Positions 63,811 through 64,000 of a stretch of DNA of 64,000 bases are shown piece after piece; the stretch's first letter is position 1; each line of letters starts with the position of its first letter. A program made the position numbers and the translations under genes. The DNA is from Saccostrea echinata (taxonomy: Eukaryota), in assembly GCF_033153115.1 (NCBI RefSeq), contig NW_026889803.1, positions 62,062,001 through 62,126,000 of the forward strand, given 5' to 3'. A model generated the notes under the pieces. The model saw nothing but the letters and a program-made list of their open reading frames with translations, did not search any database and was not told where the DNA came from.

Positions 63811-64000
63811 TAATTAAGATTTTGTGAATAAGTCAATCCGGATTGATTAGTTCTGCCCAAAAAGACTCCTGTAGATAGACATGCATATTATGACGTTCAA
63901 TTGTTTGTGACGTCACAATCAATAACTAACACTATATTGTTGCTAAAAGCCAATTTTAGGAAGGAAGACAATCATGATTGTGGCAATGCATCTACTTTTC

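Overview
AT-rich, intron-rich animal genomic DNA, most likely an oyster/bivalve judging from Cg170/HINE-type and pearl-type repeats (inference). Three spliced protein-coding genes were reconstructed by hand from GT-AG junctions. (1) A + strand DCX-EMAP-like gene (two doublecortin domains, HELP motif, WD40 propellers) has 19 constant exons at 30260-39240, including one U12-type intron. Upstream of it lies a ~20 kb series of candidate alternative N-terminal exons that all end in phase-0 donors. (2) A convergent - strand class I (Fe-S, FumA/FumB-type) fumarate hydratase has 12 exons (40264-45091, 570 aa) and a mitochondrial-type leader. (3) A + strand multipass membrane protein (8 exons, 45702-54154, 350 aa) is divergent from the fumarase and resembles fungal UPF0658 proteins. 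The rest is decayed mobile DNA: Penelope-like RT fragments, an RTE-type LINE tail, Helentron-like satellite elements, small TIR elements with TTAA, TA, 5-bp and 9-bp target duplications, long palindromes, mini- and microsatellites, and one N gap. No rRNA, intact tRNA or CRISPR was found. The most notable observations are the variable first-exon array, the intron-containing animal class I fumarase, and four minisatellites seeded exactly at exon ends or the stop codon.
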